The position numbers and the translations under genes are program-made. Below the pieces are notes generated by a model. That model was given only the letters and a program-made list of their open reading frames with translations, ran no database searches and was not told the origin of the DNA. From the human T2T-CHM13v2.0 reference genome, Homo sapiens, in the NCBI RefSeq assembly GCF_009914755.1, contig NC_060927.1: 64,000 bases of DNA, one strand, 5' to 3'. Positions within the stretch are counted from its first letter, which is position 1; each line of letters starts with the position of its first letter. This document shows, one piece after another, positions 27,795-43,959 of the stretch.

Positions 27795-28700
<906 letters not shown>

Positions 28701-30161
28701 TGAGAAGAAAGGACAAAGAGAAGCACTTCTTTTTTTGGCAGTGTGGCAGACTGCATCCATTACCACTCCCACTGAAAACTAAATGATGCCACTAAAATAT
28801 TCAAAATATCTTTTAAGTATATTGATAAGCTTGCAAGAAACCAAGGAATAGTTAGAGGCCAAAATAAAAACAAGAAGAAGTAAACTGAATATTAAAGTTG
28901 GCTCTTACCTTGAAGTCATTTGCCTGGTCAAGTTACTGATTTTCTGTTTCCATGGCCTCATAGAATATGGAGGACAGGTGACAAAACCCACAGCCCAAAC
29001 AACATGGATGATCTTATAGCAAACACCTCTATCTAAAGCTAGGATTTCCCAAAGGTATCCAATTTGAGCATAAGGGTAGACAATTAAGGTTAAGCCATAA
29101 GAAATTGCCAATATTTGATTATTTTTGACTTATGAAAAACAATTTTCCATGGTTCAACCTACACTTAGCCCTCAGTGATCCGCCTATCCAAACTCCCAGA
29201 AATTGCAAGGAAAATTGCACTTTAAAACTTGGAAATGAGTAAAGAGGAAAATAATTCCCTTGAGGAATAAATGTTCACTCAGAATTACATGTTAAAGAAA
29301 GACATTTTTGAAAAACAGGAACAAGTAAAGACATTTTCAAATGCCTAACAGATGGACCAACAGATTCTCACTAAAGAAATTTGTAATGAATGTTCATCCT
29401 ACAGAAGAAAAGTGATTCCAGATGAAAGAGCCAAGATGAAAAGAAATGTCACTATTATATTAACCAAAATAAAGCTAGTAGAGCTACATTATTGTCCATC
29501 AAGATAGACTTTTAGACAGAAAGAAAAACAAAAGATAAGATGGTCGGCACATATTTTAAAGAGATGCATTCTCCAGGAAGAAATACTGACTAAATTCTTT
29601 CTAATAAAATATTTTTCAAATGTATTAGCAAAGGTTGACAGAAAACAAGAGAAATGAAAAAATATATCATAATGACAGTTTTCAATACACCTATCTCTGT
29701 AATTGACAGATCAAGACAAAAATCAGTAAAGACATAGAAAATCTGAATAAATCATAAGAAGCTTGATCTATTGAGGACTAACTGACATACACAGAATACT
29801 ACAACCAAAACACCCAATCTTTTCAAACACAGAGAGAATCGTTATGTACTGGACTAGAAATAAAGTCTCAAAAACTTCCCAGGAATTAGTGTCAGACACA
29901 CTAGCTCAGATCACAATGTGGTTAAGTTAGAAATAAATACCAAACACACAAAACCGCTTATGTATGGAAATAAACATACATCTAAATACTTCATGGGTTA
30001 TAGAAGAAATCTTAATAGGACTTACAATATATTCGGCAATGAATAATAATGGACTACCTCATTTTATAATTTATGAAATGCAGCTAAAATAGTACTTAAA
30101 AGGAAATATATAACCTTAAATATACCAATGAGAGGACGGGAGAGATTGAAATCAATAGCTA

Positions 30162-30630
30162 AGTCTCTCTGCTGATCACTTTCAGGGCACCCCTGTAGAT
30201 CTATTAGTTGCCCTTCTGTCCATTGTTCTGTGCTTCCAAAAGGCTTACCTGTAAAGACTGCATCATCCCAGCTACTTTCCTGCTGACTTCCACTTGGGTT
30301 TACTCAATGGGTGACACTCACAGGACATAAGAGATTAGAAAGAGGGATAAGGTTTTTTATATATCTGCTCCCTCCTTACTTAAAGCCATGGTTTTAGCAG
30401 AGGCCCAAGGTCGTGGCTTTTTTGAGCAGCCCCTTTATCAAAGGTCTGGAAAGAGTCTACCTTCCCCCTCACAACTGAGTAATGAGGCTTACTACTGTTG
30501 CTAGTTCTGGGTAACTCATCTCTTATTGGTTTCTTTAACCCTGACACATTTATGTAAATACTCTCCTCCTTACACTCTCTTAAGTCTTCCTTTGACTATG
30601 CCATCTATTTCTTGCCAGGACCTTGGCAGA
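30162..30630 (+). mobile_element. LTR16-like (ERVL) solo LTR within L1M
   Basis: 3' end tgccatctatttcttgccaggacc...gaca; L1 resumes at catcccacttaagaagtt. Confidence 0.65.
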
Positions 30631-31465
30631 CAGAGCATCCCACTTAAGAAGTTAAGAAAAGAGAAACAGAATAAACCCAGCAAAAGTAGATGGAAGAAAA
30701 AATAAAGATAAGTAGAAATTAATGCAATATAAAGCACATATACAGTAGAGAGGACCAACAAAGACAAAAGTTGACAAACTATTTGCATGATTGAGCAAGG
30801 AAAAAAAATAATATTAAAAATGTAAAGGACATAGCTAAATATAATGTCGAGATTTAAAAGATACCGAGAGAATAGTATAATTTTATGCCAATAAATTTGA
30901 AAACAAAGAAATGAATAAATTTGTAGAAAAATATAATGCAATTTCAATTAAAAATCCAGAAGATACAACCCTATCAATGGGTGTCATGCATCCATCTCAG
31001 ACAGGAATCCAGGAGTCAATTATTAAGTCAATTATTAAAGAATTTTGTGAGCTGATTGTTAAACTGTTGGTAGCTTGATGTTGGCCAGGGTGGGAGTATT
31101 CACACTACAAAAATAAGTGAACACTACTACAATTATAGAATTTGAGTCATTAGTTAAAAATCTGCCCACAAAAACTTCGGGCTTCAAGGGTTTAACCAGC
31201 AAGCTCTACGAAACATTCATTAAACAAGTAATTCTAGTCTTCTATAAACTCTTTCAGGTAAACAGAGAATCATTTGATGAGTTTAGCATAACTTTGATGT
31301 CCAATATGATGAAGTATGAATGAGAAAAGTCACAGGACACTCTTATTACTAACTAAGCAAAAAATGCTAAACACAAAGTAAAGCAAATCCAGTGATGTGT
31401 ATAAAATATAACATGAATAAAATGGATTTTCCCAGAAATACTTTCATTAGAAGGCATAACACTAG

Positions 31466-31797
<332 letters not shown>

Positions 31798-32332
31798 TAG
31801 AAAATCTTTTAATTCTCCACTTAATAAATTTATGAACTTATGTCATCATCTCAATAGATTAAAAAGAACCTCAATAATACTCATCATTTTAAAAAAGAAG
31901 AAAAACTCCTAACATATCGAGAATAGGGGAGAATTTCTTTAACCTAATAAAGAGTAACCCCCACAAATTCCCACCCCCAGCAAAAGAAAAAGAAAAAAAT
32001 GTGGTAACACATTGAATGCATTTTTTGTAAAGTCAGAAACAACTCATGGGCACCCAATGACTTTCGCTACTTCTATGTAACATTGTCCTAAGGGTTTTAG
32101 CTGGCATTTTAAGGCATGGAAAAGAAATAACCTGTACAAAATAACAAGGCTTATTGCAAAATATAGCGTAGGAGAAGGTAGCTGTCACCATTCTCAAGGA
32201 GGAAGTTTAAACCCAATAACTATACCACAACAAAACTTGAAGGCAAAGAGAAAAGATTTATAGAGAAAGACCCAAGAAGCTAGAAAAAGTTTCCCTCCTT
32301 CTTCTTCCATAATGATTTTTCTGACAGGTGAA

Positions 32333-32366
32333 GCCACCGCCACCACCACCACCACCACCACCACCA
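32333..32366 (+). repeat. (CCA)n trinucleotide repeat
   Basis: gccaccgccaccaccaccaccaccaccaccacca. Confidence 0.9.
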
Positions 32367-32564
32367 GGGAATCATTAAGAGCCCTTAGATCTCACCAGGT
32401 ACTATAGAATCTGGAAACACAGTGAGCAAGAAATCTCATTCCATCAGGCCCATTCTAGCCACCAGTAGCCATCCCAAGGTAAAGCAATTGCTCCTGCCCC
32501 CCTGGAATGATGAATCCCCTATTCTCTGCCCTCCTTGAATGGCTGGTGGTTTCAGCTATGAGTG

Positions 32565-33155
32565 TGGTGTACTGATGCTCAAAGTGTAGTCCAAGGACTG
32601 TTGTAGGTCTACTCTTTGTTACTGGTCGCTAACAAGAAAAGTGCAGAAATGAAGAGTAAGCAAACAGAACCTGTATAGCAACTTGACACAGTCATTTCAC
32701 ATCTGTTGAATCTAACGATAATTTTTTTAAATTCTGGCTTATATTTGCAAGTCTTTTTTCTCAATTTTATTTTTCTATTAATTTATTTTTAGTGTATTTT
32801 TTAAAATCATGAAGGGATTGAAAAATTTAAAACAAACAAAACAACCAAACAAAAAAAAAAACTGATCCCTCACCTGGGGCACTTTTAAAATTCTTAGTGC
32901 CCCGCCTAAACCCTACACCTACACCTATTGCATCAGAATATCTAGGGTGGCACCAGACATCAATATTTCTTTATAATCCAGGCTATTGTAGTTTGCAAAC
33001 AGGGTGAAGCCTTCCTCTCCAAAGCATGCCTGTGGAGCAACAGCATTGGCATCACCCGGAGCTCATTAGAACTACAGAGACTCAGACCCCACCCAGACCT
33101 ATGGAACCATAATTGCATTTCAACAAGAAGATTGTATGCCCACTCAAGTCTGAAA
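32565..33155. mobile_element. hAT-Charlie/MER5 remnants
   Basis: ctcaaagtgtagtcca terminal-like sequence; cagcattggcatcacccggagctcattaga...gcattttcaacaag (MER5A). Confidence 0.55.
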
Positions 33156-33454
33156 AGGTTAAATTTAGAGAATGATATCAGAGGTATTGGTCTGCTTTTC
33201 AAGGCCCCAAGAGCACAGAGATTTTTCTGGAGAGGGAGTGCGAAGTGGGTCATCACCAGCACTAATATTACCACAGGGACTTCCTAATTGACTATCCTTC
33301 CCACAGCTGGCAAGGTGACCTTTCCTAAACAAACCTGTTACTGCTCTCCTGGGGCCTACAAGATCAAGTCCAAACCCCTGACAGCACAGGATACTCACCA
33401 CCCCTCACCCCATCCCCAACATTTTGTCCCCTTCTTATCTGCTCAACCTCCTTC

Positions 33455-33797
33455 ACACACACTCACACACCACACTTTACATACACATCATACCCACTCA
33501 CACACACCACACACACGCCATGCAAACACTCCATCCATACCACATATACTCTACATACACATCATATACACACATACCATACACACTGTCACACACACCG
33601 CATACACCACACACACCCACACATACCACACACACATATACATCACAGACACCATACCCACTCACACACAGAAACATATACCCCACACATACCACACACA
33701 TGCTCACACATACACACCACACATACACTACACATACACACCCCACACACTCCACATACATATCACACACCCTCACACTCACACACACACACACACT
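33455..33797. repeat. Degenerate CA-rich simple repeat (about 340 bp)
   Basis: Imperfect CACAC/CATAC/CCACA units read directly. Confidence 0.9.
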
Positions 33798-33909
33798 CTG
33801 GACACAACTCCATTCCTCTGCTAATTCCCCTATCTCTGCCTAAAATTCTACCCCCTCTCAATCCTCAATTAATGTCACCCTCTTGCCTACCTAAAGAACT
33901 CCTTCCCCT

Positions 33910-34243
<334 letters not shown>

Positions 34244-34773
34244 CTAGAAAAGGCAGGCATTTCCTCCTCCAATTTCCCACAGCTTCTCCTACAACCATTC
34301 AAATATAGCTATGATTATAGAGTGGGAATTGTTTACATGTCTGTCTTGCTCATGGCTTTGTGCTCTCCCTACTACTTTCTCTCTTTGGCACCTCACATCC
34401 ACTTTGTAGCAAAAGGAATCAGAATTTTGTAAGAATCACCAGTCAAGGATCTAACTAGATCCCAATCTCTCCTCACAACTACATCACTGGTTCGTGGAAT
34501 TTCCCCTTGAAGATGCACAATCAATTAACCATACTCGGGAAATATTTAATAAATGCTGCCTTGGGAATCCAAAGATGAAGACATTCACGCAGAGAATATC
34601 CTTCTGCAACATTTGACTATTCCATTCTCCATTCCCGCCCAGTAAGTACTTTAAAACAGTCACAATCCAATGAAAAGGTGAGATGACGGCACTCTTCACA
34701 TTTTTTCACAAAGCTTTCAAGAGTAAAGATTAAAATACGTATAAACCACACCCATAAGATGATATTTTAAATA

Positions 34774-35520
34774 CAGTTAATTCTCATTATTCACGGTAGT
34801 TATGTACTATAAATTCACCTGGAACTCTCATTTAGCAAATACTCAACCACTGCTCCTAAGGAAATACTAGGTAGGTTCCTGCAAGCCTTTGGTCACAACA
34901 TCTTAATCACTGGGGGGAGTGGAGGGGCTACTTTTTATTAGGTTAAAGCGATTCCCATCTATTCTTGATGCGTTAGTTTTTCTTCTTTTTAAAAATGATG
35001 AATATTATTGGAGTTCTTTTTATCTATTGAGATCATGGCATAAGTTTCTTAAGGTGGAGAATTACACTAAAAGATTTTCTAATATTAAGCCATCCTTGCA
35101 TTTCTGGGAAAAATCCATTTTGTTTATGTGACATTTTGTACACATCATTGAATTTCCTGATTTTTTGCGTAGCATTTTTGCTTCCATGTTAACAAGCAAG
35201 ATTCTGCTATGATTTTTGTATTCATACTTTATCAGATTGGACATCAAAATTATGCTAAATTCATTAAATGAGTCTCTGTTTACATAAAATGGTGTCTAAG
35301 ACTGGAATTACTTGTTTTACAAATGTTTGATAGAGCTTACTGGCTAAACCCTTGGAGCCTGTGACCACACTTGTTGGACAACTCAAGTTTTTACCCACTC
35401 TGAACATGTCCACAAATGACTGTGAAAGCATCACAACTGTTGATTTGGGAGTTACAAATAAATTTGTATCAAGTAAGTATATTCACAAATATGGAATCTG
35501 CAAATAGTAAAGATTGACTC
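34774..35520 (+). mobile_element. MER82 (TcMar-Tigger MITE) with interior replaced by an L1M segment (34911-35361, minus)
   Basis: 5' cagttaattctcattattcacggtagttatg...ggtcacaaca; 3' caactcaag...gttacaaataaattt...gattgactc; TA on both sides (34772-3, 35521-2). Confidence 0.8.
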
Positions 35521-36204
35521 TATCTAACAAGTGGTAGGGTAAGAGCATTAACAAACCAGAAGAGTTGCAAATCACATTATTTAAGATCCTAGGGACTCCT
35601 GATGTGCCAGGCAAGAATACCTTGATTGCAGACTGCTGAGTCATGTGGAGCTCTAGGGAGAGTCCAAAGGAAGAGCTGGGCAGCTGGGGTGGCATAGGGA
35701 CAGCAGCTATTTACCAATCCATTAGGGAAGAATTGCAATATCTTGTATTCATCACTTTAACTAAACTGGCCCTTCCTGATACCAAAGTAATACCAGGCTG
35801 AGAAATTCCAAATTTCTCCTATTACTCATTATTTTGTAAATCTGTTTGACCCACTTACGTTGGAAACTGTATTATCCCTCCTCCAGACAGAAAACCTAAT
35901 TATATCTTAAGAAAGGGGAAATCTGACACTGAAATGATTTTAATAACAATCTGTTGGTACTAGCAAACTGATTATATTTCATATGGTACCTCTCCCAGTC
36001 TTCATGGACAGGAGCAGAGTCTTCTCTGTAGAAACTGCAATGTTGTCCAAATTTGCAAAATGCCAATTCTAGATAATGACACTCAAGTGCTGAGGGAAGT
36101 GGAAGGAACAGCCTGTTACCTTCTACTTCAGTGCTTTGATGGCTGAAATGGGAGGAGTCATAGACTGGCTCTGGCTCAATGCCCTTCAAGGTATAATCTA
36201 GTCT

Positions 36205-36570
36205 AGAGCAGTGCTTTGCAAAATACAATGTGCTTACAAATCGCATGAGAATCTTGGTAAAGTGCAAATACTGATTTAGTAGGTTTGGACTGGGGCCTGA
36301 GACTTTACATTTCTAACAAGCTCCGAGCGACTGCTGCTGGTCCAGGGACCACACTATGCATATCAAGGGTCAAGACTGGAGTAGTGGTTCTCAGTCACAC
36401 TTGGGCATGCATCAGAATTACAGAGAGAAAGCCTGTTAAAGCATAGATTGCTGCCCCAGAGTTTCAGATTCAGTAGCTCTGACTTGGGCCTAATAATTTG
36501 TCTTTTTAACAAATTCCCAATTGACAATAATGCTGGAAGTTTGGGGATGGCATGTTGAGAATTACTGATC
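36205..36570. mobile_element. Two adjacent MER5A/B elements
   Basis: ggggcctgagactttacatttctaacaagctcc; second copy tgattcagtag-like core and ttgagaattactg end. Confidence 0.65.
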
Positions 36571-37022
36571 TAGACTAGAAAGGCAAACCCTTAGAACCAT
36601 GTTTCCTCCAGCATTTCCATAGACATAAAAATGCTAGCCTTTCATCATGTTGACAAAGAACTTACATTTCCATAAAAGATATAACTCTAATGATGAAGTT
36701 CCCAAGGACAGGGGCCACATCTTGTATTCATTTGATACAATATAAATATAGTAAGAGCAATTAATACAGTCTAGATTTATGGCAATTAAATAATGAATTT
36801 TACTATCTGATGTAACATTTTACCCTTTTAGTGCTGTCTCAACTGGTGCAAAGCTGATCACTAGCTGCCAACTCTTGCTCTTAATTCATTTTTACAAATT
36901 TCAAAGTCTCTCTCTTCTCTCTCCTTTTTTCCAAATGAAAAGCCCTAGAAAGAAAGCAACTGGGAGTCAGGGGGTTATGGCTCCTTTACTTTTTATCTCT
37001 TATGCCTAAAAAAGACCTGTCA

Positions 37023-37474
<452 letters not shown>

Positions 37475-38431
37475 TTAAATTTGTAGTTTGCCATTGGCAT
37501 GTCTTCAAAATGATTAAGCTGAATAGCTTTCTAAAGGCAGAATTTTGATTCATTTTAGTTGGGCCTCTATTCCAGATGAAGTCCTTCCAGCAATAAAAAT
37601 TGAAATGATTTCTTAATAATAATGATAATAAGTTTTCTAATCCAAAGTGTTATGATACTGTTAGCTTATACAATGCAGTTGGCAACTAGGTCACCATGTA
37701 TAAGCATTATCTATAACATTGTCTTCTAACTGATATATCAGCAGATTGATTTCTCCTGTAAAAAAAGATAGCAACTACCAACCAGAGACAATCACAGTCT
37801 ATTTAACCAGCTAAATAATTAAAGGCCAGATGTTTGCCCACAGCAAGTCAACTGTCCCTTAACTAACATCTTCCAAGAACCAGTGAGGCTTGGCTGCCTG
37901 TCCTGGTGATGAGACCAAGGTCTACTTACGAGCATTTACAGGTGCCTACTACATGCTGGTGATTTCTGGGAGTCAGGAGGAAGATTAAAGGAGAATCAGG
38001 TGCAGCCTATAGCTGTAGTAGTTGGCAGTTTATCTAGAGAGATGATCAGGTAAATAAGTAACTGTATTATAAGAGAGGTAAGTACAAAGGCTATGGGATG
38101 GCAGAGATAGTGTCAAAATAACTCCTTGGGAGAGTCAGGAAAGACTTGGGAAAGGGTGACATTTATGCTGGCTGTAAAAGAAGATATAAAAGTGAACTTA
38201 GAGCTGAGAGTCAAGACACAGTGTTCTCTAAGCAGAGAACGGATATGCAGACATATTGCAAATACATTCTTAGAGAAAAACAAACATCATTAAACCAGTG
38301 AGGACAGGGAGTTATCCTGTATCTCAGCATTGAGCATCTGTCACCTGTGTTCACCCAGGCCGATACTTGTAGGTACAGTTTAATTCAGGGCTTGAGGACA
38401 ACAGCAAACAATTCATTAAGAGTGACTATGG

Positions 38432-38547
38432 GGCCAGGCACAGTGGCTCACGCCTATAATCCCAGCACTTTGGGAGGTCAAAGTGGGCAAATCGCTTTCT
38501 ATCTAAAAAAAAAAAAAAAAAAAAAAGAACAAAACAACAACAACAAA
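38432..38547 (+). mobile_element. Internally deleted Alu: first ~65 nt fused to the A-tail
   Basis: ggccaggcacagtggctcacgcc...aaatcgctt joined to ctatct plus A-run; 14-bp TSD aaga(g/a)tgactatgg. Confidence 0.85.
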
Positions 38548-38937
38548 AAGAATGACTATGGCATGAGAACCATGTAGAGTTTACTGCACAGCTCCAGTAG
38601 CATGCACACAGTTCCATATCTACTGAGATTGGTTTGGCATTAATTTCCATTTTCTCATCACCAAGGAACTGGTAAAAGTCTTAGCCACTGGAACTGTTAC
38701 ACCAGATTTCAAATCTTCTTTCACTGTTTATGATCTGCTGATCCACTCTTCTGAGTCTTATGCTGTTTTCATCCCAGTACAACCTGCCCTGTTTTCTTGG
38801 ACCAGAACCTGTACTTTTAATACCTGTTTCAATGTATATTCCAGGGACACTTTCATAACGGAGACTTTGCCAATAGTTTTGCCATGAAGAATTCTCCTGC
38901 TTACTATGTGAATTGTTGGCCAGCAAATGGCTTCTCT

Positions 38938-39424
38938 TGCGGGGGTCCATCCTACAGACACTGACCCAATGACAGATGAATAACGTACACTGACACATAT
39001 ATTCTGCTTGTCAGTCTGGCTAAGGGTCCGGGCCCCTCACAGATACCAAGGAAGGTGCTGTAAAGAGTAGCAGCCGTGGCCCCGTTCAGCCAACAAAGCT
39101 CACATTTATTCAGTATGGATTAAATGACAAAGGTCTTGAGTAAACACTGTTAGAGGGTAATTGACCTGGTTGCCGATCCACCAGTAGACAGAAATTATGC
39201 ACCCGTGGTTGATTAAAGGTTGGTCTTAGGACCACATGAGTAAACAAGCTATTTAGATAAACTACTCTATATTCCTATGTATCTACACCCTACGCTTTTA
39301 AGGGAGTTCAGCTGTCTTCAGCCAAACACTTTACACAAACCCCCAGGCCTTCTAAGAGGGTTTGTGTTTAATTCCTATAATTTCATCTTAAAATTTTTCC
39401 CACCAGCCTGACTGAACTCCCACA
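38938..39424 (-). mobile_element. LTR22 (HERV-K HML-5) solo LTR
   Basis: Minus strand starts TGTGGGAGTTCAGTCAGGCTGGTGGGAAAAATT and ends CCCCGCA; perfect 6-bp TSD ttctct. Confidence 0.85.
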
Positions 39425-39667
39425 TTCTCTCTTTGGTGACAAACCCTGCAGCTTTCTCTCCCTCTTTCTTATTTAAACATTTACTTTCCAGAGCAGCTGC
39501 CTGTTTGTTCTTAGTGATTAGCAGTCTCCTGTGGTGGAACAAGGAGAAAAGCATGGTATATCTTGAGGCTTTTTGGTGAAAGAAATACCTTCTTGAATGG
39601 ATTTGAGCTGCAAATGGGTCCCCCTTGTGGTGAAGTTTCCCACTGGGAGAAAAAGAAACACATGGCC

Positions 39668-39987
<320 letters not shown>

Positions 39988-40344
39988 TCATTCAACAATA
40001 TTTATGAAGCATCTGCTTATATGCCTGGCATTATCCCAGGTGTTAGGATATGGTGGTAAGCAAAACAGATTAAAAATTCCTTGCCTATCTGAACTATGTG
40101 ATGCCTCTTTGTAATTTCATAGGAGCTCAAGCTTGCACCTTTAAACAATTCTGAGATGACCATCATGTAGGCTATACAAAGACATGAAGAAATATAAGAG
40201 CAGAATCATTCAACGAGCTGTGGAAAACCATGCCTGTTATTTCTGTGCTTCTCCCATCTAACACAAGTGCCTGGTGTAATTTTTATTTTATTCAATAAAC
40301 ATTTATTGAGTGCCTACAATTTATCAGGCAGTTATATTTCAGAA

Positions 40345-40520
40345 CAATATTTTTCAAACTTTAACGGACATGTGAATCACTTGGAGATCTTGTTAAAAAG
40401 CAAATTTTGATTCATTTGATGCAAAAGTGGGGTTGGGGGTGGGGTGCAGGGGCTTAGATTTTGCATTTCTAACAACCTTCCAAGTGACGCCAATGTTGCT
40501 GGTTCATGCACCATACTTTG
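40345..40520 (+). mobile_element. MER5A
   Basis: gaatcacttggagatcttgttaaaa...ttgcatttctaacaa...ccatactttga. Confidence 0.75.
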
Positions 40521-40582
40521 ACACAATCACTTACATTCTGGTGGAAGACAGGTAAGTCAACAATTAGAGAATAGTAAGTTGA

Positions 40583-40863
40583 GGCCGGGTGTGGTGGCTC
40601 ACGCCCGTAATCCCAACACTTCGGGAGGCCGAGGTGGGCTGATCACTTGAGGTCAGAATGTTTGAGACCCTGTCTCTACAAAAATACAAAATAAGCTGGG
40701 CGCAGTGGAGTGTGCCTGTAGTCCCAGCTACTCGGGAGGCTGAGGCAGAATTGCTTGAACCAGGAGGCAGAGGCAGAGGTTGCAGTGAGCTGAGATAGCA
40801 CCACTGCACTCCAGCCTGGGCAACAGAGTGAGACTGTGTCTCAGAAAAAAAAAAAAAAAAAAA
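40583..40863 (+). mobile_element. AluS/J, first of a tandem pair, with left-arm deletion
   Basis: tttgagaccctgtctctac junction lacks the agcctggccaacatggtgaaacc segment. Confidence 0.9.
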
Positions 40864-40873
40864 CAGAGAGAGA

Positions 40874-41180
<307 letters not shown>

Positions 41181-41907
41181 GAGAGCGAGAATGGTAAACT
41201 GATATATAGAAAACACAGTGTAGCGGGAGAACAGAGGAGGACACAGAGTAAGAACTAAAGATGGGGACAATAGGATGAAACCGGTCTCCTGAAATACAAC
41301 TCTGAGTCCAGTATGAAGGGTAAAGAGGGAGAGACTGAAGACATAAGCTAATACTCACACCAATAAGGATAACATTTATTATTTACATCATGCTAAGCAT
41401 TGTGCAAAGTGCTTTATAGCCTAAAACTCATTGAATCCTCTCAATAGCCCTATGAGATAGGTAGCTATGGTAGACAGAATAATGTCCCCAAAGATGCTCA
41501 TGTCCTAATCCCTGGAAACTGTCAATATGCAAAAGGAGAATTAAGGTTGTGTAGGAAATGAAGTTTACTTGTCATTTGATTTTAAACTAGGGAGAGTATC
41601 CCGGATTACCCAGATGGGCCCAGTGAAACCATAAGGCTCCTTACAGTGAAAGAGGGAAGCCGAAGAAGAGTCTGTGTTCGAGTGATGCCATGTGAGAAAG
41701 TTTCAACCAGCCACTGCTAGCTTTAAGGACAGAAAGGGGCCATGAACCAAGGAATACAGGCAGCCTCTAGAAATGGAAAAGCAAGCAAATGGCAGTTTCA
41801 CCTAGAACCTCTAGAAGGAATGCAGCCCTACCAACACCTTAATTTTAGCCCAGTGAGACCTATTTTCGGCTCCTGACCTCTAGAACCATGAGATAATAAA
41901 TTTGTGG

Positions 41908-42461
41908 GTTTTTTAATTTTTGATTTTTATAGGTACATAGTGGGTATGTATATTTATGGGATACATGAGACCAATACAGGCATACAATGTGTAATCATCA
42001 CATCAGGGTAAATGGGGTATCCATCACCTCAAGCATTTATCATTTCTTTGTGTTACAAACATACCAATTACACTCTTTTAGTTTTGTTTTTTGTTTGTTT
42101 GTTTGTTTGTTTTTGAGATGGAGTCTTGCTCTGTTGCCCAGGCTGGAGTGCAGTGGTACGATCTCGGTTCACTGCAAGCTCTGCCTCTTGCCTCAGCCTC
42201 CTGAGTAGCTGTAATTACAGGTGTGCACCACCATGCCCGGCTAATTTTTGTATTTTTAGTAGAGATGGGGTCTCACGACATTGGCCAAGCTGGTCTCGAA
42301 CTCCTGACCTCAGGTGATCCGCCCGCCTTGGACTCCCAAAGTGCTGGGATTACAGGTGTAAGCCACCATGCCCAGCTCTTTTAGTTATTTTTAAATGTAC
42401 AATAAATTATTGTTGCCTGTAGTCACCCTTTTGTGCTCTCAAATACTAGATGTTATTCATT
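41908..42461 (-). mobile_element. L1MA2/3-like 3' UTR fragment containing an Alu
   Basis: tgtaatcatcacatcagggtaaatggggtatccatcacctcaagcattt. Confidence 0.8.
42084..42376 (-). mobile_element. AluSx-like
   Basis: TSD ctcttttagtt; about 20-nt deletion in right arm. Confidence 0.92.
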
Positions 42462-43289
42462 GAATTTGTATTGTTTTAAGCCACCAGAGTTGGGGTAATT
42501 TCTTATAACAGTCATTGGAAACTAATACAGTATTATTTAAAGATAAGGAAATGGATGCACAAAAGTTCATTAACTTACTAGTAAGTAGCTAGTTTGGGGT
42601 CTGAACTCTGGATTCATGTTAACTACACCTTAGTAGATTCTGGATCTAAGAAATAGGACTTGACAGGATTTGGTAACTATCTAATATGCAAGGATTCAGG
42701 AGATGAAGAAATCTAGAACACCACCAAGGTTTCTAGTTCAAACCACTGTTGGGGAAATGACACCACTCATTGATGAAAATATAAGAAATGAACGAGCAAT
42801 TAGTAATTACGGGAGATGCTTAAAACATATTTGTATTTGAATTGCACACTCAAATCCAGATTCTGCCGGTAGTCAAGCTAAACTGTGGTAATTCTCTTAA
42901 GACATAATATCCTCAATCTGATCTTCTCTCTGGCTCCTCATTCAAGTTCAATAGATGCAGAGTTGGGATGAGGAGATGCAAAAAACACATGTGAGAGATA
43001 TTGTCAAACAGGGTCAGCCTTTATCTTTCAAAAGAGGACATCTCTGTAGTGTGAGAATTATTATTCAATTGGCACTTCCCTTCAAAGTTATGAACTTACC
43101 TCAAGATCAACTTAGAAAATAGCTGCCTATCAAACATTCCTAATTCCCTCTGCTTCAACCCACAATACAATACAAAGATTTGAGGAACCTCCTTTGAGAG
43201 ACACTTTTTAACTTTAAGTTCAGAGGAAAATGTCCGACCAGCTAATTTAGCTAAAACTCCCTGCCGGAGAAAGGCTCTGTTGTGTAAGC

Positions 43290-43460
43290 AGGCTTTGAAG
43301 TTTCAATGACTTGGGTTTCAATGTTGGTTCTGCTGCTTACTATCTGTGTGATCTTGGACAAGTTACTTAACCTCTCTGAGCCTTCTTTCCTCATTATTGT
43401 GAGGATTAAATGAGACACATATGTAAAATGCCTGGTACATGAAAGGCACTTAATCAACAT
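43290..43460 (+). mobile_element. MIR SINE
   Basis: tgtgatcttggacaagttacttaacctctctgagcc...gtgaggattaaatgag. Confidence 0.8.
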
Positions 43461-43959
43461 TTTCTTTAAATTTTAAATCAGAAAAATATATGATAAAACA
43501 GAAAGGAAAAAAATCTTAATGTATCATTACCTATTATGGGAAGTCACTTTAACACAGTACATTTTTATCACCTCTAAAATGTCCCTCAGTCTTCGCAGCT
43601 ACTTAACAAGTAAAATGGAGATCTCTGACATCTACCATATAACTCAGCTGATTTATTACCCAGGTTCAAATTCCGAGCTTCCACGCTCTGCAGGGCCTGC
43701 TGGAATGACAACTTCACTTAATACACGAAGACCTGGGATCAAATTTCCCCCGCTCTTCTAGGGTCACTCAACCCAGTCAGCTCATCACGTGTAACCCATG
43801 TAAAAGCAGGCCCCCATGAAGTCCAGTCTCAAACCACAGTTGTACCAAAGAAACAAAGAACACCAGGAACACAAAATAGCAGAATCAAATATTTTCCTCT
43901 TTTCTAGATTATCTCCCCTCCACAAATACTCACAGCTATACTCTTCTCTCAGAAAGCCA

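Larger units (their letters stand above)
41466..42529 (+). mobile_element. MLT1D solo LTR in a MIR, interrupted by L1MA and Alu
   Basis: ggtagacagaataatg...ggattacccagatgggccc...aataaatttgtg; resumes ttttaagccac...ggaaactaataca. Confidence 0.85.

Noticed and set aside
33288-33843. His/Thr-rich 178-aa and 139-aa ORFs
   Set aside because: Translations of a degenerate CA repeat. The same applies to the ORFs at 4611-4836 and 5582-5990.
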